From positions 1 through 64,000 of the forward strand of contig CAWJSK010000016.1 in NCBI GenBank assembly GCA_963845535.1: a DNA stretch of 64,000 nt, read 5' to 3'. Below, piece after piece: positions 39,112-50,015 of this stretch. Numbering within the stretch: the first letter of the stretch is position 1; every line of letters starts with the position of its first letter. A model generated the notes under the pieces. The model had not been told where the DNA came from, searched no databases, and worked only from the letters and a program-made list of their open reading frames with translations. A program made the position numbers and the translations under genes. The DNA is from an uncultured Spirochaetota bacterium. GTDB taxonomy: Bacteria; Spirochaetota; Spirochaetia; SZUA-6; Fen-1364.

Positions 39112-41445
39112 ATGGAACACGCAGTCAGCCGGGAAGCCTGGTCTCTCGCTGAAACGGACCTCCAGAAATGGAGGACCCGGGTGCTCAACCTCGTCCTGAT
39201 CATTGTCGCCCTGGCGGCGCTGCCGGCCTTCGCCACTGTCATCACCAACGCCTATCTCACGGACAGGTTGTCACCCATCCTCATCGGTTACTGCGGCGTG
39301 TACGTGGGGTTCGTCACTCTCGCTTTTCTTCGGCGCATCCCCGTGACGATCAGGGCGTGGCTTTTCATCGGGCTGACGTACGCAATCACCGCTTCAAGCC
39401 TTGCCCGCGTCGGGCTTGCCGGAAGCGGACGGCTGTACCTGGTGTTCCTCCCCGCGCTTGCAATCGTCCTCCTGGGCCAGCGCACCGGCTATCTCTGCCT
39501 CGGCATCAGCCTTTTCGAGTACGCGGTTTTCAGCGAGCTTGCCAGGGTCGGGATCCTGGCGAAATGGCTCACGGACACGCGCAACCCCCTGGATATCGGC
39601 TCCTGGATAGAATCAGGGGCGGCGCTTGCCGTCATCCTGGTGACAATGACGGTGCTGCTGGAGCGCTTCTTCGCCCGCCACGTGTTCACCCTTGCGGTGA
39701 GCCACAGGATCACCGGCGAGCTGGAAAAGGCGTACAAGACGCTCACGCAGCGCGTCAAGGACCGAACGCGCGAGCTGGGCCTCCTCAACTCCGTGGCCGT
39801 CGTGGCGAGCGGACTCACGGACATCAGGGTGATCCTCGCGGTATCCGCGGAAAAGACCATGGAGGCGTTCGGCTTGGAGGGATGCGGGGCGTACGGGCTT
39901 GAGGAGGAAACGGGCGCCATGGTGATGCTGGCCCACAAGGGCCTCTCGGAGAGCTTCATCTCTCAGATGGTGCGCCTCGATCTCCAGGAAGCTCTCGCCG
40001 GCAAGACTCTCAGTCTCGAGGAGCCGCTGTCCTGGGACGTGAACGAGTATCCCGGCGGTCCCCGGCGAGAGTTCCTCGAGGCCGAGGGGCTCAAGCGGAT
40101 CATCGGCGTACCGCTGGCGGCCAAGAAGAAGCTCATGGGCGCGCTTGTCATCATTTCCCGTTCTGATCGCGTCCTTTCCCCGGAGGAAGGCTCGCTCCTC
40201 ATGGCCGTGGGCCAGCAGATCGGGCTCGCCATGCAGAACGCCCGGCTCCTGGAGACCCAGCGCCTTCAACGGGAGGAAGCCGAGCGGCGGCGGGAGGTGG
40301 CGGAGGGGATGCGGGAGACCCTGGCCGTGCTGAACTCCAACAAGCCGACGCAGGAAACGCTGGACTTCCTCATCTCCCAGGCGTGCCAGCTCATGAAGTG
40401 CGACGCAGCGTCCCTCTTCCAGATTATCACCCCGGAAGGACAGCTTCACATCCAGGCCGCCTGCGGCTTGGATCTGGAAACCGTCACCGCCATCACGCTC
40501 GCCCTCGGACAGGGGGCGGCTGACAGAGCGCTCAGATGGAAGAACCCCATCATCGTTTCCGACACCGCCGACTGGGAGGAGGGGTACGGGCGGGAAGCCA
40601 ACCCGGAGTTCGCCGAGGATTTGACCGGCCTGGAGCTCCTCATGGACCAGGGATTCCGGGCCATCCTCGCCGTCCCTCTCATCATTGCAGGGGCAAGTTA
40701 CGGCGGGATCGTCCTGTACCACCGCCAGCCCCGTCATTTCACCGGGGAGGAGATATCGCTGGCCGTCGCAATTGGCAGCCAGGCGGCGCTCGCCATGGAG
40801 AACGCGCGCCTGCGAGCCCAGGCCGGACAGACCGCGGCGTTCGCGGAGCGCAACAGGCTTGCCCGTGAGCTGCATGACAGCGTGACGCAGTCCCTGTACA
40901 GCGTCACGCTCTACGCGGAGGCGGCCGCGCGTCTCCTGCAGGCGGGGCAGACCACGGATGCGGCGGGGCACCTGAAGGACCTGGGGGTTACCGCGCGGGA
41001 GGCGCTTCGAGAGATGCGCCTCCTCATTTTCGAGCTGAATCCCCCTGCGCTGGAAACGGGCAATCTTGCGGAAGCGCTTCAGGTGAGGCTGGACGCAGTG
41101 GAGGCGCGCGGCGGCATGTCAGTGACCTTCAGCGCACAGGGGGATGAATGCCTGTCTGCGCTGGCCCGGCAGGAACTGTACCAGATTGCTCAGGAGGCTT
41201 TGAACAACGCGCTGAAGCACTCTCGCGCCCAGGCCGTCCGCGTCCTCCTCACCCACCGCGCGGGGGAAACCACGCTTTCGATCAGTGACGATGGGGTTGG
41301 TTTCCGAACGGAGCAGGCGCAGAAAAGCGGCGGGGCCGGACTGCGGGGCATGAAGGAACGGGTGGCGCGGATCCACGGAAAGCTCTCCGTAGTAAGCGCT
41401 CCGGGCGGCGGGACCACGGTGACGGTGACCGCGCCAGGCGGCTGA
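39112..41445 (+). CDS. Membrane histidine kinase with two GAF domains (HisKA_3)
   Basis: TM N-terminus, two GAF-like segments, ERNRLARELHDSVTQ, QEALNNALKHS, DDGVG. Confidence 0.92.
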   Translation: MEHAVSREAWSLAETDLQKWRTRVLNLVLIIVALAALPAFATVITNAYLTDRLSPILIGYCGVYVGFVTLAFLRRIPVTIRAWLFIGLTYAITASSLARVGLAGSGRLYLVFLPALAIVLLGQRTGYLCLGISLFEYAVFSELARVGILAKWLTDTRNPLDIGSWIESGAALAVILVTMTVLLERFFARHVFTLAVSHRITGELEKAYKTLTQRVKDRTRELGLLNSVAVVASGLTDIRVILAVSAEKTMEAFGLEGCGAYGLEEETGAMVMLAHKGLSESFISQMVRLDLQEALAGKTLSLEEPLSWDVNEYPGGPRREFLEAEGLKRIIGVPLAAKKKLMGALVIISRSDRVLSPEEGSLLMAVGQQIGLAMQNARLLETQRLQREEAERRREVAEGMRETLAVLNSNKPTQETLDFLISQACQLMKCDAASLFQIITPEGQLHIQAACGLDLETVTAITLALGQGAADRALRWKNPIIVSDTADWEEGYGREANPEFAEDLTGLELLMDQGFRAILAVPLIIAGASYGGIVLYHRQPRHFTGEEISLAVAIGSQAALAMENARLRAQAGQTAAFAERNRLARELHDSVTQSLYSVTLYAEAAARLLQAGQTTDAAGHLKDLGVTAREALREMRLLIFELNPPALETGNLAEALQVRLDAVEARGGMSVTFSAQGDECLSALARQELYQIAQEALNNALKHSRAQAVRVLLTHRAGETTLSISDDGVGFRTEQAQKSGGAGLRGMKERVARIHGKLSVVSAPGGGTTVTVTAPGG

Positions 41446-41504
41446 GCGCGCCAGGCGGGTATCAGCGCCCGGCAGGTATCAGCGCCCGGCGGGTAAGAAA
41501 AGGT

Positions 41505-42005
41505 TCAGCTGGCCAGCCTGGCCTCACCATGCCTTCGCAGGGACCGAAGCCGCTTGCGCACCCCGGAGATCGACATCCCGACCTCGTGCGCCGTTTCTGC
41601 AAGGGTCTTCTCTTCCAGATAGTGGACCCGGGCGGCCTGTCGGGTGCTTTCCCGAACGCCCAGGAACACCTGGTCCAACGCCAGGGCGTCGAGAACGCGG
41701 TCCTCCGTGCTCTCACGCCCGGCAATACTGCTGATGAACGGCTCCGCGCTGACGGCGAACTTGCGCCTCCTGCTGCGCATGGCGTTGAGGCACGTGTTGG
41801 TGGCAATGCGATACAGAAGGCTGGAGGGGTAGCGCGCATCCAGGCTTTCCCTGTGGCGAAGCACCTGGACGAACGTTTCCTGCATGGCGTCCGCGGCCAT
41901 GTCCTCATCCCTCAGCATTCCCCTGCACCTGCGCATCACCATGGGCGCGTAGCGGCGGTACAAGTTGTCAACGTCCTTTGTCTCAAGCCTCTTTGTTCCG
42001 TTCAT
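41505..42005 (-). CDS. ECF RNA polymerase sigma factor
   Basis: LYRRYAPMV, AADAMQETF, LYRIATNTCLN, TLAETAHEVGMS; SD GGAG. Confidence 0.88.
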   Translation of the reverse strand: MNGTKRLETKDVDNLYRRYAPMVMRRCRGMLRDEDMAADAMQETFVQVLRHRESLDARYPSSLLYRIATNTCLNAMRSRRRKFAVSAEPFISSIAGRESTEDRVLDALALDQVFLGVRESTRQAARVHYLEEKTLAETAHEVGMSISGVRKRLRSLRRHGEARLAS

Positions 42006-42215
42006 GACTTCCTTGCTCCTGTTCGGCTGCCACTGTAGGGCCCGGCGGCCCGTCCCCGCATCACCAAAAAGTGTGATTCGGCGAGGAAAAAAGTGCGGCG
42101 CGAAGCAAGGCCTTCGAGGTGTTCCGAGGGCCGCGTTTTGACAGACCCTCCTGTCTCGACAGACCCTCCCGCCTTGACTTGACCGGATGGTCCGAGGCAG
42201 TCAATCTTTGCCGGT

Positions 42216-43154
42216 ATGAACAAGCGCGACGCGCTCCTTTCCCTCCTTGACCCGTCGTACAGCCCCGAGTCGGTGCCGGCGGCGTTCTTCCTTCATTTCG
42301 ATCCCTCGTTCCATCGCGGCCAGGCCGCGGTGGACAAGCACCTGGAGTTCTTCCGCTTCACCGGCATGGACATGGTGAAGATCCAGTTTGAGCATCGTAT
42401 GCCGCCCATGGAGGTCGCGCGGCCGAGTGACTGGGCAAAAGTCCCCCTGCGGGGCAGGGATTTCTGGGAGGAGCCGCTTGCTGTCGTGAAAGGACTGGTT
42501 CAGGCAGCGGGACAAGAGGCGGTGGTGATCCTTACCCTCTACTCCCCTTTCATGCTTGCCGGCCAGATTGCGGGAGCAGACACGGTGGTCCGCCACATCC
42601 AGGAAGACCCGCAGGCGTTCAAGAAAGGAATCAGCATCATCACGGATGGGCTCCTCGTTCTGGTGAAGGAATGCGCCAAGCTCGGACTTGACGGCTTTTA
42701 TGCCTCCACGCAGGGCGCGGAGAAAGGCCGGCTTCCCAGCCGAACGGCCTTCGACGAGTGTGTCCGCCCTTACGACCTGGCGGTCATGAATGAGGTGAAC
42801 CGTTCATTCCGTTTCAACATCCTCCACGTCTGCGACTACCACCTGCCCTATGAGGACATCACGCCGTTCCGCGACTACCCGGGCCATATCGTCAACACGA
42901 ACCTGAAGCTCGCGGAAGGGCAGCTGAGCGCCGCCGAGGTGTCCAGCATGTTCAGCCGGCCGTTCATGGGCGGCCTGGACCGAAAGGGCGTGATTGCCCG
43001 CGGCCCTGCCTCCGCCATCCAGGATGAGGTCCGCCGACTTCTGAAGGAGGCGCCGCGGCGCTTCATCCTTGGCGCTGATTGCACCGTCCCGTCCGACACG
43101 CCTTGGGAGAACCTCAGGGCCGCCATTCAGGCTGCCCACGAGCATCGAAGGTAG
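42216..43154 (+). CDS. Uroporphyrinogen decarboxylase family protein
   Basis: YSPF, NILHVC, MGGLD, FILGADCTVP. Confidence 0.8.
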   Translation: MNKRDALLSLLDPSYSPESVPAAFFLHFDPSFHRGQAAVDKHLEFFRFTGMDMVKIQFEHRMPPMEVARPSDWAKVPLRGRDFWEEPLAVVKGLVQAAGQEAVVILTLYSPFMLAGQIAGADTVVRHIQEDPQAFKKGISIITDGLLVLVKECAKLGLDGFYASTQGAEKGRLPSRTAFDECVRPYDLAVMNEVNRSFRFNILHVCDYHLPYEDITPFRDYPGHIVNTNLKLAEGQLSAAEVSSMFSRPFMGGLDRKGVIARGPASAIQDEVRRLLKEAPRRFILGADCTVPSDTPWENLRAAIQAAHEHRR

Positions 43155-43229
43155 TCGGCGCATCTGCGGCCCGGGAACCGCAGCAAGATTCGGGTTGCGC
43201 GCCGGGCGCGGTGTTGTGATACTTACGAC

Positions 43230-44099
43230 ATGACGACCATGGAATTGCTGGAGGAAGACTACATCCGCGTGGAGAAAGCCATCCGATTCATTGAGACCGA
43301 GGCGCTCCGACAACCATCCCTTGAGGACGTTGCTTCCTCCGTCGGGCTCAGCGAGTTCCACTTCCAGAGACTTTTCAGCCGGTGGGTCGGGATCAGTCCG
43401 AAGCGCTTTCTCCAGTTCCTGACCAAGGAGTACGCGCGGAGGCTCCTGGAGGAATCCCGCGACGTGCTCAGCGTGACCTACGACGCCGGGCTCTCCAGCC
43501 CGGGCAGGCTGCATGAGCTTTTCGTCACGTGCGAGGCGGTGACGCCCGGGGAAATCAAGACCCGCGGAGAGGGACTGACCATCGAATACGGCTTCCATCC
43601 ATCCCCGTTTGGCCGGTGCCTCCTGGCGCGGACCGAACGCGGCATCTGCGGGCTGTCCTTTGTCCAGGAGGAAGCGCCCGAGGCCGCGCTCGTGAGGCAC
43701 CTTCGAGCGCGATGGCCAGGCGCGCGCGTCGTCGACAACCCGCAGTCCACTGCCCGGTTCGTGAAACAGATATTCGCGTTCCCCGAACAGCATGAGCCTG
43801 CGCCGTTGCACCTCTTTGTGCGAGGAACGAACTTCCAGATCCAGGTCTGGCAGGCCCTGATCCGCATTCCGTTCGGCAAGGCGGTGACCTATGAGGACGT
43901 GGCCCGGCACATCGGCATGCCCACAGCGAGCCGGGCGGTTGGAAACGCGGTTGGAAGCAACCCTATCCCGTTCCTCATCCCGTGCCACAGGGTGATCCGC
44001 AAGCTTGGGGAGTTCGGCAACTACGGCGAAGGCCCGGAGAGAAAAAAGGCCATCTTGGGGTGGGAGGCTGCGCTCACCGTCGGGGAACGCTCAGCGTAG
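43230..44099 (+). CDS. Bifunctional AraC-HTH / methylated-DNA-protein-cysteine methyltransferase (Ada/Ogt-like)
   Basis: HFQRLFSRWVGISPKRF, GTNFQ, RAVGNAVGSNP, PCHRV. Confidence 0.92.
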   Translation: MTTMELLEEDYIRVEKAIRFIETEALRQPSLEDVASSVGLSEFHFQRLFSRWVGISPKRFLQFLTKEYARRLLEESRDVLSVTYDAGLSSPGRLHELFVTCEAVTPGEIKTRGEGLTIEYGFHPSPFGRCLLARTERGICGLSFVQEEAPEAALVRHLRARWPGARVVDNPQSTARFVKQIFAFPEQHEPAPLHLFVRGTNFQIQVWQALIRIPFGKAVTYEDVARHIGMPTASRAVGNAVGSNPIPFLIPCHRVIRKLGEFGNYGEGPERKKAILGWEAALTVGERSA

Positions 44100-45479
44100 C
44101 GCCGCCGGCGCCGGCACTTCCCAGGCGCCGGTGGACAGGTCGATTGCAACGTCGTTGTCAGGGGGTCCGACCTTGTCCCAGAGCCCTTCCACGAGATCTC
44201 CCCGAGACGCGACGATGATGCTGCCCATGAAGCTGAGGCCGGTCCTTTTCAGCTTCTCAGTGCCGACGAACCTTCCATCACCCTCGAAGTGGGCCGCAAA
44301 GGCCTCGGCAATCTGGCCGGACAACAGGGCGGCTTCCTCCGAAGGGACCAGGTATCTCCTCAAGAGCTTGTAGGAATTGGCCCTGATTCCTTCCCGAAGG
44401 TTCGCCCGTGAAAAATCGCGGAAGTCCCGCCCTGTCGCTGCAAAGGAAGGCAGCGACGTGATGAACGACGAATGGATGACCATCCGCTGGGCCAGGTCGA
44501 TTTCGATGTCGCGCACAGGGTCGGGGTCCGTGACGAGAGAGCCTGTTTCAACGTCGTAGAGGAACCGGCCGTTCTCCCACTCTTTCAAGGCGATATTCTG
44601 GGCATGGAAATGGCCGGTAAATACCACGCGCACATGATAGGCCGCAAGAAGCGCGGAAACATCCCGCCAGTCCTTCACGAGATAATCGCCGAAGTACCTT
44701 TCCTGCCCCTTGAAGTGCTCGACGACGCCGTGATGCATCATGGCAAGCACCGCCACGTTTTCCCGCGCCGCCCGGGAGAGAACCCCCTCGATCCATTCGA
44801 GCGTTCTTGCCGAGAACATTCCTCCGGCCTGCGCGTGCCTGTGCTCAGCGTTCTGTCGATACTCGCAGGCATCCAGCGCGAGCAACCAGAGACCGGTAAC
44901 CGGCTCGGCAACGTAGCTCAGCGAGTCAGGGTCTCGCGCTAGGGCGCCGCCGTAGCCGAAATCCGCGTAGAGCTCGGCAAACTCTTGCGCTGAGACGTTG
45001 GGCACACGCTTTTCCCCAGATGCGCCGTAGCTGAACGCCCTGGGGTTGAGGATGTCATGATTCCCCGGCACTACGAACGAGGGAATCCCGCTCTCCCGAA
45101 GCTCCCTCAGATACGTGAGAAAAAGCTCATGGTCCTGCCTCTCTCCGTCCTTGGTAAGGTCCCCGGGAACGAGCAGGAACTGCGCGTGGAGGTCCTTCAC
45201 CCTCTGGACGGCGGCCTGGAGGATCTCCTCGCTTTCCACGAGCAGCTTGCGATCTGAGGCAACGTAGTCACGGAAAGCTTTCCCTTCGGTCCCCAGGCGC
45301 TTGTCGAAAAGATGAGGGTCGCTGAACACGGCGAACCGGACGGCGGGAAAGGGAGCCTGAGGCAGGGAGCGGATGGCAGCGGTCTCATCGCCCTGGCCAT
45401 GCCGGACCCCCGCGCAAGAAGCGCACAGCAGAGCGGCGAGGAGCAGCGCGCCGCAGCGCCTCTTACGACTGGCTTTCAC
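44091..45479 (-). CDS. Metallophosphoesterase, probable lipoprotein
   Basis: DPH, GDLTKDG, GNHD, HH, GHFH calcineurin-like motifs; N-terminal LLCASC lipobox; start uncertain (45479 or 45512). Confidence 0.88.
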   Translation of the reverse strand: MKASRKRRCGALLLAALLCASCAGVRHGQGDETAAIRSLPQAPFPAVRFAVFSDPHLFDKRLGTEGKAFRDYVASDRKLLVESEEILQAAVQRVKDLHAQFLLVPGDLTKDGERQDHELFLTYLRELRESGIPSFVVPGNHDILNPRAFSYGASGEKRVPNVSAQEFAELYADFGYGGALARDPDSLSYVAEPVTGLWLLALDACEYRQNAEHRHAQAGGMFSARTLEWIEGVLSRAARENVAVLAMMHHGVVEHFKGQERYFGDYLVKDWRDVSALLAAYHVRVVFTGHFHAQNIALKEWENGRFLYDVETGSLVTDPDPVRDIEIDLAQRMVIHSSFITSLPSFAATGRDFRDFSRANLREGIRANSYKLLRRYLVPSEEAALLSGQIAEAFAAHFEGDGRFVGTEKLKRTGLSFMGSIIVASRGDLVEGLWDKVGPPDNDVAIDLSTGAWEVPAPAALR

Positions 45480-45573
45480 GCGTTCTTCGCTGCGTGGGGT
45501 GGGACCCTCCAATACGAACGTCGTTGACCGAGGATGTCATATCACGGGGGGGATTATTGTACAACAAAAACCG

Positions 45574-45679
45574 CCAGCGCTCAAAATTGCCAGCAGGAAG
45601 ATACCCCGCTTGAGCACTGGAAAACGTTTTATTCTGTGTATACTTTCAGCCCTGACTTTTTTTCTATCTTCCTGCTGGC
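45574..45679. repeat. Two interleaved inverted repeats
   Basis: GCCAGCAGGAAGATA (45589-45603) / TATCTTCCTGCTGGC (45665-45679) perfect 15 bp; CCAGCGCTCAA (45574-45584) / TTGAGCACTGG (45610-45620) 10 of 11. Confidence 0.9.
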
Positions 45680-45742
45680 TTCTTTGGACTTTATGCGACT
45701 TATTTTACCTCGCCTGTACTGTTATGCAATAGGCCAAAAGTC

Positions 45743-46648
45743 TCATTTTGGAGAATTTATCAAGTTTATTAGTTGAACTTTGTTCGTTACTCCAGTTTTC
45801 TGATAAATATGGTAGATATGGTTCTTGACGGTAATCGAAGAAATGAAAAGCTTCTCCCCAATGACCCTGTTATTGTATCCTTGAACAAGCATTGTGATTA
45901 TCTCCCTCTCACGAGGGGAAATTCCGTACAGTTTCACGACCTCATCCGGCAGTTGATAGGAAGAGGCGATCTCCGGTTTGAACAGGTACGGCACCGCGTA
46001 AAAGAGAAGGACGCCGACCAGGACCAGAAAAGACAGGGTCTGGACGACAGGAAGGCTGCCGACAAATGGGGGCGCCCGGTACAATGCCAGGCCGATGGTC
46101 TGGACGATCATGGCCGCTGTCATGACCGCGCCAAGTGCAACGACGCTTCGAACAAGGGCAAAAAGATGCGGATGCCTGATTCTTCCCAGCCGTCGCAGGA
46201 CCACAAGGACGGCATAGACCTCGATTGCGGTCAGCATTCCATCATTCAGGAAGAGAAAAAGCCGGGTCTGAAGTATCTCCTTCAGGCCGCCAAGGACCGC
46301 CATTGTAAGAGCCAGGACGACGTGGAATGCCCTGCGCGACGGGGAGACGGGGGCTGACACGATTTCGAAGGCGAGGACGCACATCATCCAGACGAGCAGG
46401 CCGTTGCCGGGTACCGTCAGCACGCAGGAAATGACGGGAAGGATGTCTCCGAAGACCCGTTCGACTGTGGCATCTTCGTAGGTCTTGAGCGCCTGGACGA
46501 GAAAGAGCAGGAGGATGGAGATGAAGAAGAATGCAACGTGCCGGAAGGCGGTCTGAGCGAACCTGGCATGCGCCACCAGGCCGAGGGTGGCAACCACCAG
46601 CCCCATGGAAAACGAGAATATGTAGACCGCAAGAAGAATATGGGACAA
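45743..46648 (-). CDS. Membrane-anchored LuxR-type transcriptional regulator
   Basis: About 7 TM helices then ISPREREII..GYNNRVIGEKLFISSITVKNHIYHIYQK; TTG start after GGAGG. Confidence 0.88.
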   Translation of the reverse strand: MSHILLAVYIFSFSMGLVVATLGLVAHARFAQTAFRHVAFFFISILLLFLVQALKTYEDATVERVFGDILPVISCVLTVPGNGLLVWMMCVLAFEIVSAPVSPSRRAFHVVLALTMAVLGGLKEILQTRLFLFLNDGMLTAIEVYAVLVVLRRLGRIRHPHLFALVRSVVALGAVMTAAMIVQTIGLALYRAPPFVGSLPVVQTLSFLVLVGVLLFYAVPYLFKPEIASSYQLPDEVVKLYGISPREREIITMLVQGYNNRVIGEKLFISSITVKNHIYHIYQKTGVTNKVQLINLINSPK

Positions 46649-46757
46649 CCAAACCTCCGTTTGTACATTTTCGTTAAATTACTAGCCCAGAATATCAAGA
46701 AAATATCCAAAATGTCAATACAGTACGATCTCTGAATAAAATGAGCCTGAAACTCTT

Positions 46758-47720
46758 CTATACTGGGAGGACGCGTATGTTCTGGTCAAGCTCCTTCCTC
46801 AGAAACTCCTCAATGAAATCAAGCGTCCCCATCTGCGCGCTTGGACAGCCTTTACAAGCACCTGTGTACTTGACGTAGACCTCCGTGTTCCCGCCTTCAC
46901 CCTTCATGTCAACGACCTCGAGATTGCCTCCATCCTTGATCAGCTCCGGACGGACTTTCTCATCCAGTACTTTCTCCACTGCCCTGTGCTTCTGGATCAG
47001 GCCAAGGCTTGCAAAGCTCCTGGATTCGGGGGGGACGCTACCTTCCCGCTCCATCTCCGCACGGACTTCCTTCAATATATCAACAAGATAATGGCGCCGT
47101 GCTTCATGGCCGCCGGGGCGGATGCAGGACTTGCAGAAAGCACCCGCCTTCGTGTAGCGCGTGATGTCCTCCACGGTGGAGAGATTGTTGATGCGGATGA
47201 CCTCCTTGATGGTCCGAAGGCTCACCCTCGCGCACTGGCAGACGATCTCCTCTTCCTCGAGGGAGTCCATGTCCACGCCCTTGTAGAGGGCCGCCGCCTT
47301 GCGGATCACGTCATATGCCATGACGCTGCAGTGCATCTTCTGCGGAGGGATGGCGGCAGTGGCTTCTTCATCCCGCAGGGCGCGCTCCACGTCGATGTTC
47401 GTGATCTTCATGGCCTCGTCCACGGTCTTGCCGACGATCATCTCGCACATCATGTCGCTGGAGGCGATGGCAGTGCCGCACCCGAAAGTCTTGAACCGTG
47501 CGTCGAGGATCCTGTTCGAGCGCGGGTCCACGGCCCAGAACGCGCGAATGGCATCACCGCATACCTCGGCGCCCCAGTCGGCTACCACGAGCCGCGCGCC
47601 GAGCTTCTCCGCCTCCGCCGCGGTTATCTCTCCAAGATGGCGGGGATTCAGCATGCGGTCGTTTACCTTGTCGGAATAGCTCTCCCAGAGGGTTCCGCCT
47701 ATCAAATCAGACTTGGCCAT
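46758..47720 (-). CDS. nifU: Three-domain Fe-S scaffold NifU
   Basis: CGD, FGCGTAIASS, KMHCS; central CQC..CKSC; C-terminal Nfu GACKGC. Confidence 0.93.
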   Translation of the reverse strand: MAKSDLIGGTLWESYSDKVNDRMLNPRHLGEITAAEAEKLGARLVVADWGAEVCGDAIRAFWAVDPRSNRILDARFKTFGCGTAIASSDMMCEMIVGKTVDEAMKITNIDVERALRDEEATAAIPPQKMHCSVMAYDVIRKAAALYKGVDMDSLEEEEIVCQCARVSLRTIKEVIRINNLSTVEDITRYTKAGAFCKSCIRPGGHEARRHYLVDILKEVRAEMEREGSVPPESRSFASLGLIQKHRAVEKVLDEKVRPELIKDGGNLEVVDMKGEGGNTEVYVKYTGACKGCPSAQMGTLDFIEEFLRKELDQNIRVLPV

Positions 47721-47729
47721 GACGACTCC

Positions 47730-48947
<1,218 letters not shown>

Positions 48948-48973
48948 CTAACCGTTACCGCGCGAAGCGCGGT

Positions 48974-49981
48974 CTATTTCAGCTTTTTACGCAGCTTTCG
49001 CCCGCTGGGTCTGGGCACTTCGTCCTGCGGCACCGCCTGGCGGCGCGCGCGCGCTCGAAACGCAAAGAGCGCAATGACGGCGGCCGCAATCAGGAGAACG
49101 TTGAGAATCTGCCCGGTGCTGAAGTTGAACCAGCTGAACTGGCCCGGGCTGCTGAGGGGCACCAGGGTGATGGGGAAGCCGATCCCCTTGTCGGGCTCGC
49201 GGGCATACTCGATGAAGAAGCGGAACACCCCGTAGCCGATCATGTACCACGCAATCACGAAGCCGTTATAGGGCTTTCGTTTCCTGACGATGAACCAGAC
49301 GATCAGCCACAGGACAAAGCCCTCGAAGAACGCCTCGTACAGTTGTGAAGGATGGCGGGGAAGGTTTACCAGTCCCGCCCCGGGAAGCGGCATCCCGACC
49401 CCCGCCGCGAAATCACGGACCCAGGGCTGGTTGACGGGAAAGCCTTCCGCGCTGGGGAACACCATGCCCCACGGGGCTGTCGTGATCCTTCCATAGAGCT
49501 CGCCGTTGATGAAGTTCCCCAGCCGGCCGAACGTGTATCCCAGCGGGATGCCCGCAACCAGCATGTCCCCCCAATCGAGGATGTTCAGCTTCTTCACCCG
49601 CATGAAGATGGCAAGGGCGATGACCACTCCCAGGAGGCCGCCATGATACGACATCCCGGCAATGCCCGTAAGGCGCAGCCTGCCATCCACCATGGCAAAG
49701 GGGAGGATGATCTGCAGGGGATGACGGAGGTAGTAGCCGGTTGCGTCATAGATGGTGACCGCAAAAGCCCTGGCTCCGATCAAAAGCCCGATGATCGCCC
49801 AGAAGAACATGTCCAGGACGAGGTCCGATTGAGGTTTCTCATGCCGCTGCCTGAGCTGCCACATGAAGAGCAGGTACGTGATGACGAAAGCCACCAGGTA
49901 CATGAGCCCATACCAGCGGATGGGAAGCCAGGGAACGATCTCGGGATGTATCCACGAGGGATACTGGATGTAGGCGAGCAT
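48974..49981 (-). CDS. lgt: Prolipoprotein diacylglyceryl transferase
   Basis: IRWYGLMY, GMSYHGG, GRLGNFINGELYGR, RHPSQLYE, RFFIEYAREPD. Confidence 0.95.
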   Translation of the reverse strand: MLAYIQYPSWIHPEIVPWLPIRWYGLMYLVAFVITYLLFMWQLRQRHEKPQSDLVLDMFFWAIIGLLIGARAFAVTIYDATGYYLRHPLQIILPFAMVDGRLRLTGIAGMSYHGGLLGVVIALAIFMRVKKLNILDWGDMLVAGIPLGYTFGRLGNFINGELYGRITTAPWGMVFPSAEGFPVNQPWVRDFAAGVGMPLPGAGLVNLPRHPSQLYEAFFEGFVLWLIVWFIVRKRKPYNGFVIAWYMIGYGVFRFFIEYAREPDKGIGFPITLVPLSSPGQFSWFNFSTGQILNVLLIAAAVIALFAFRARARRQAVPQDEVPRPSGRKLRKKLK

Positions 49982-50015
49982 TCGCTTCTCCTCGATGAAG
50001 ATTCTCCAGAAGACT

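Noticed and set aside
43230..44099. Ada-like protein without the Zn-binding N-terminal domain
   Set aside because: The AraC-HTH + methyltransferase architecture is common.
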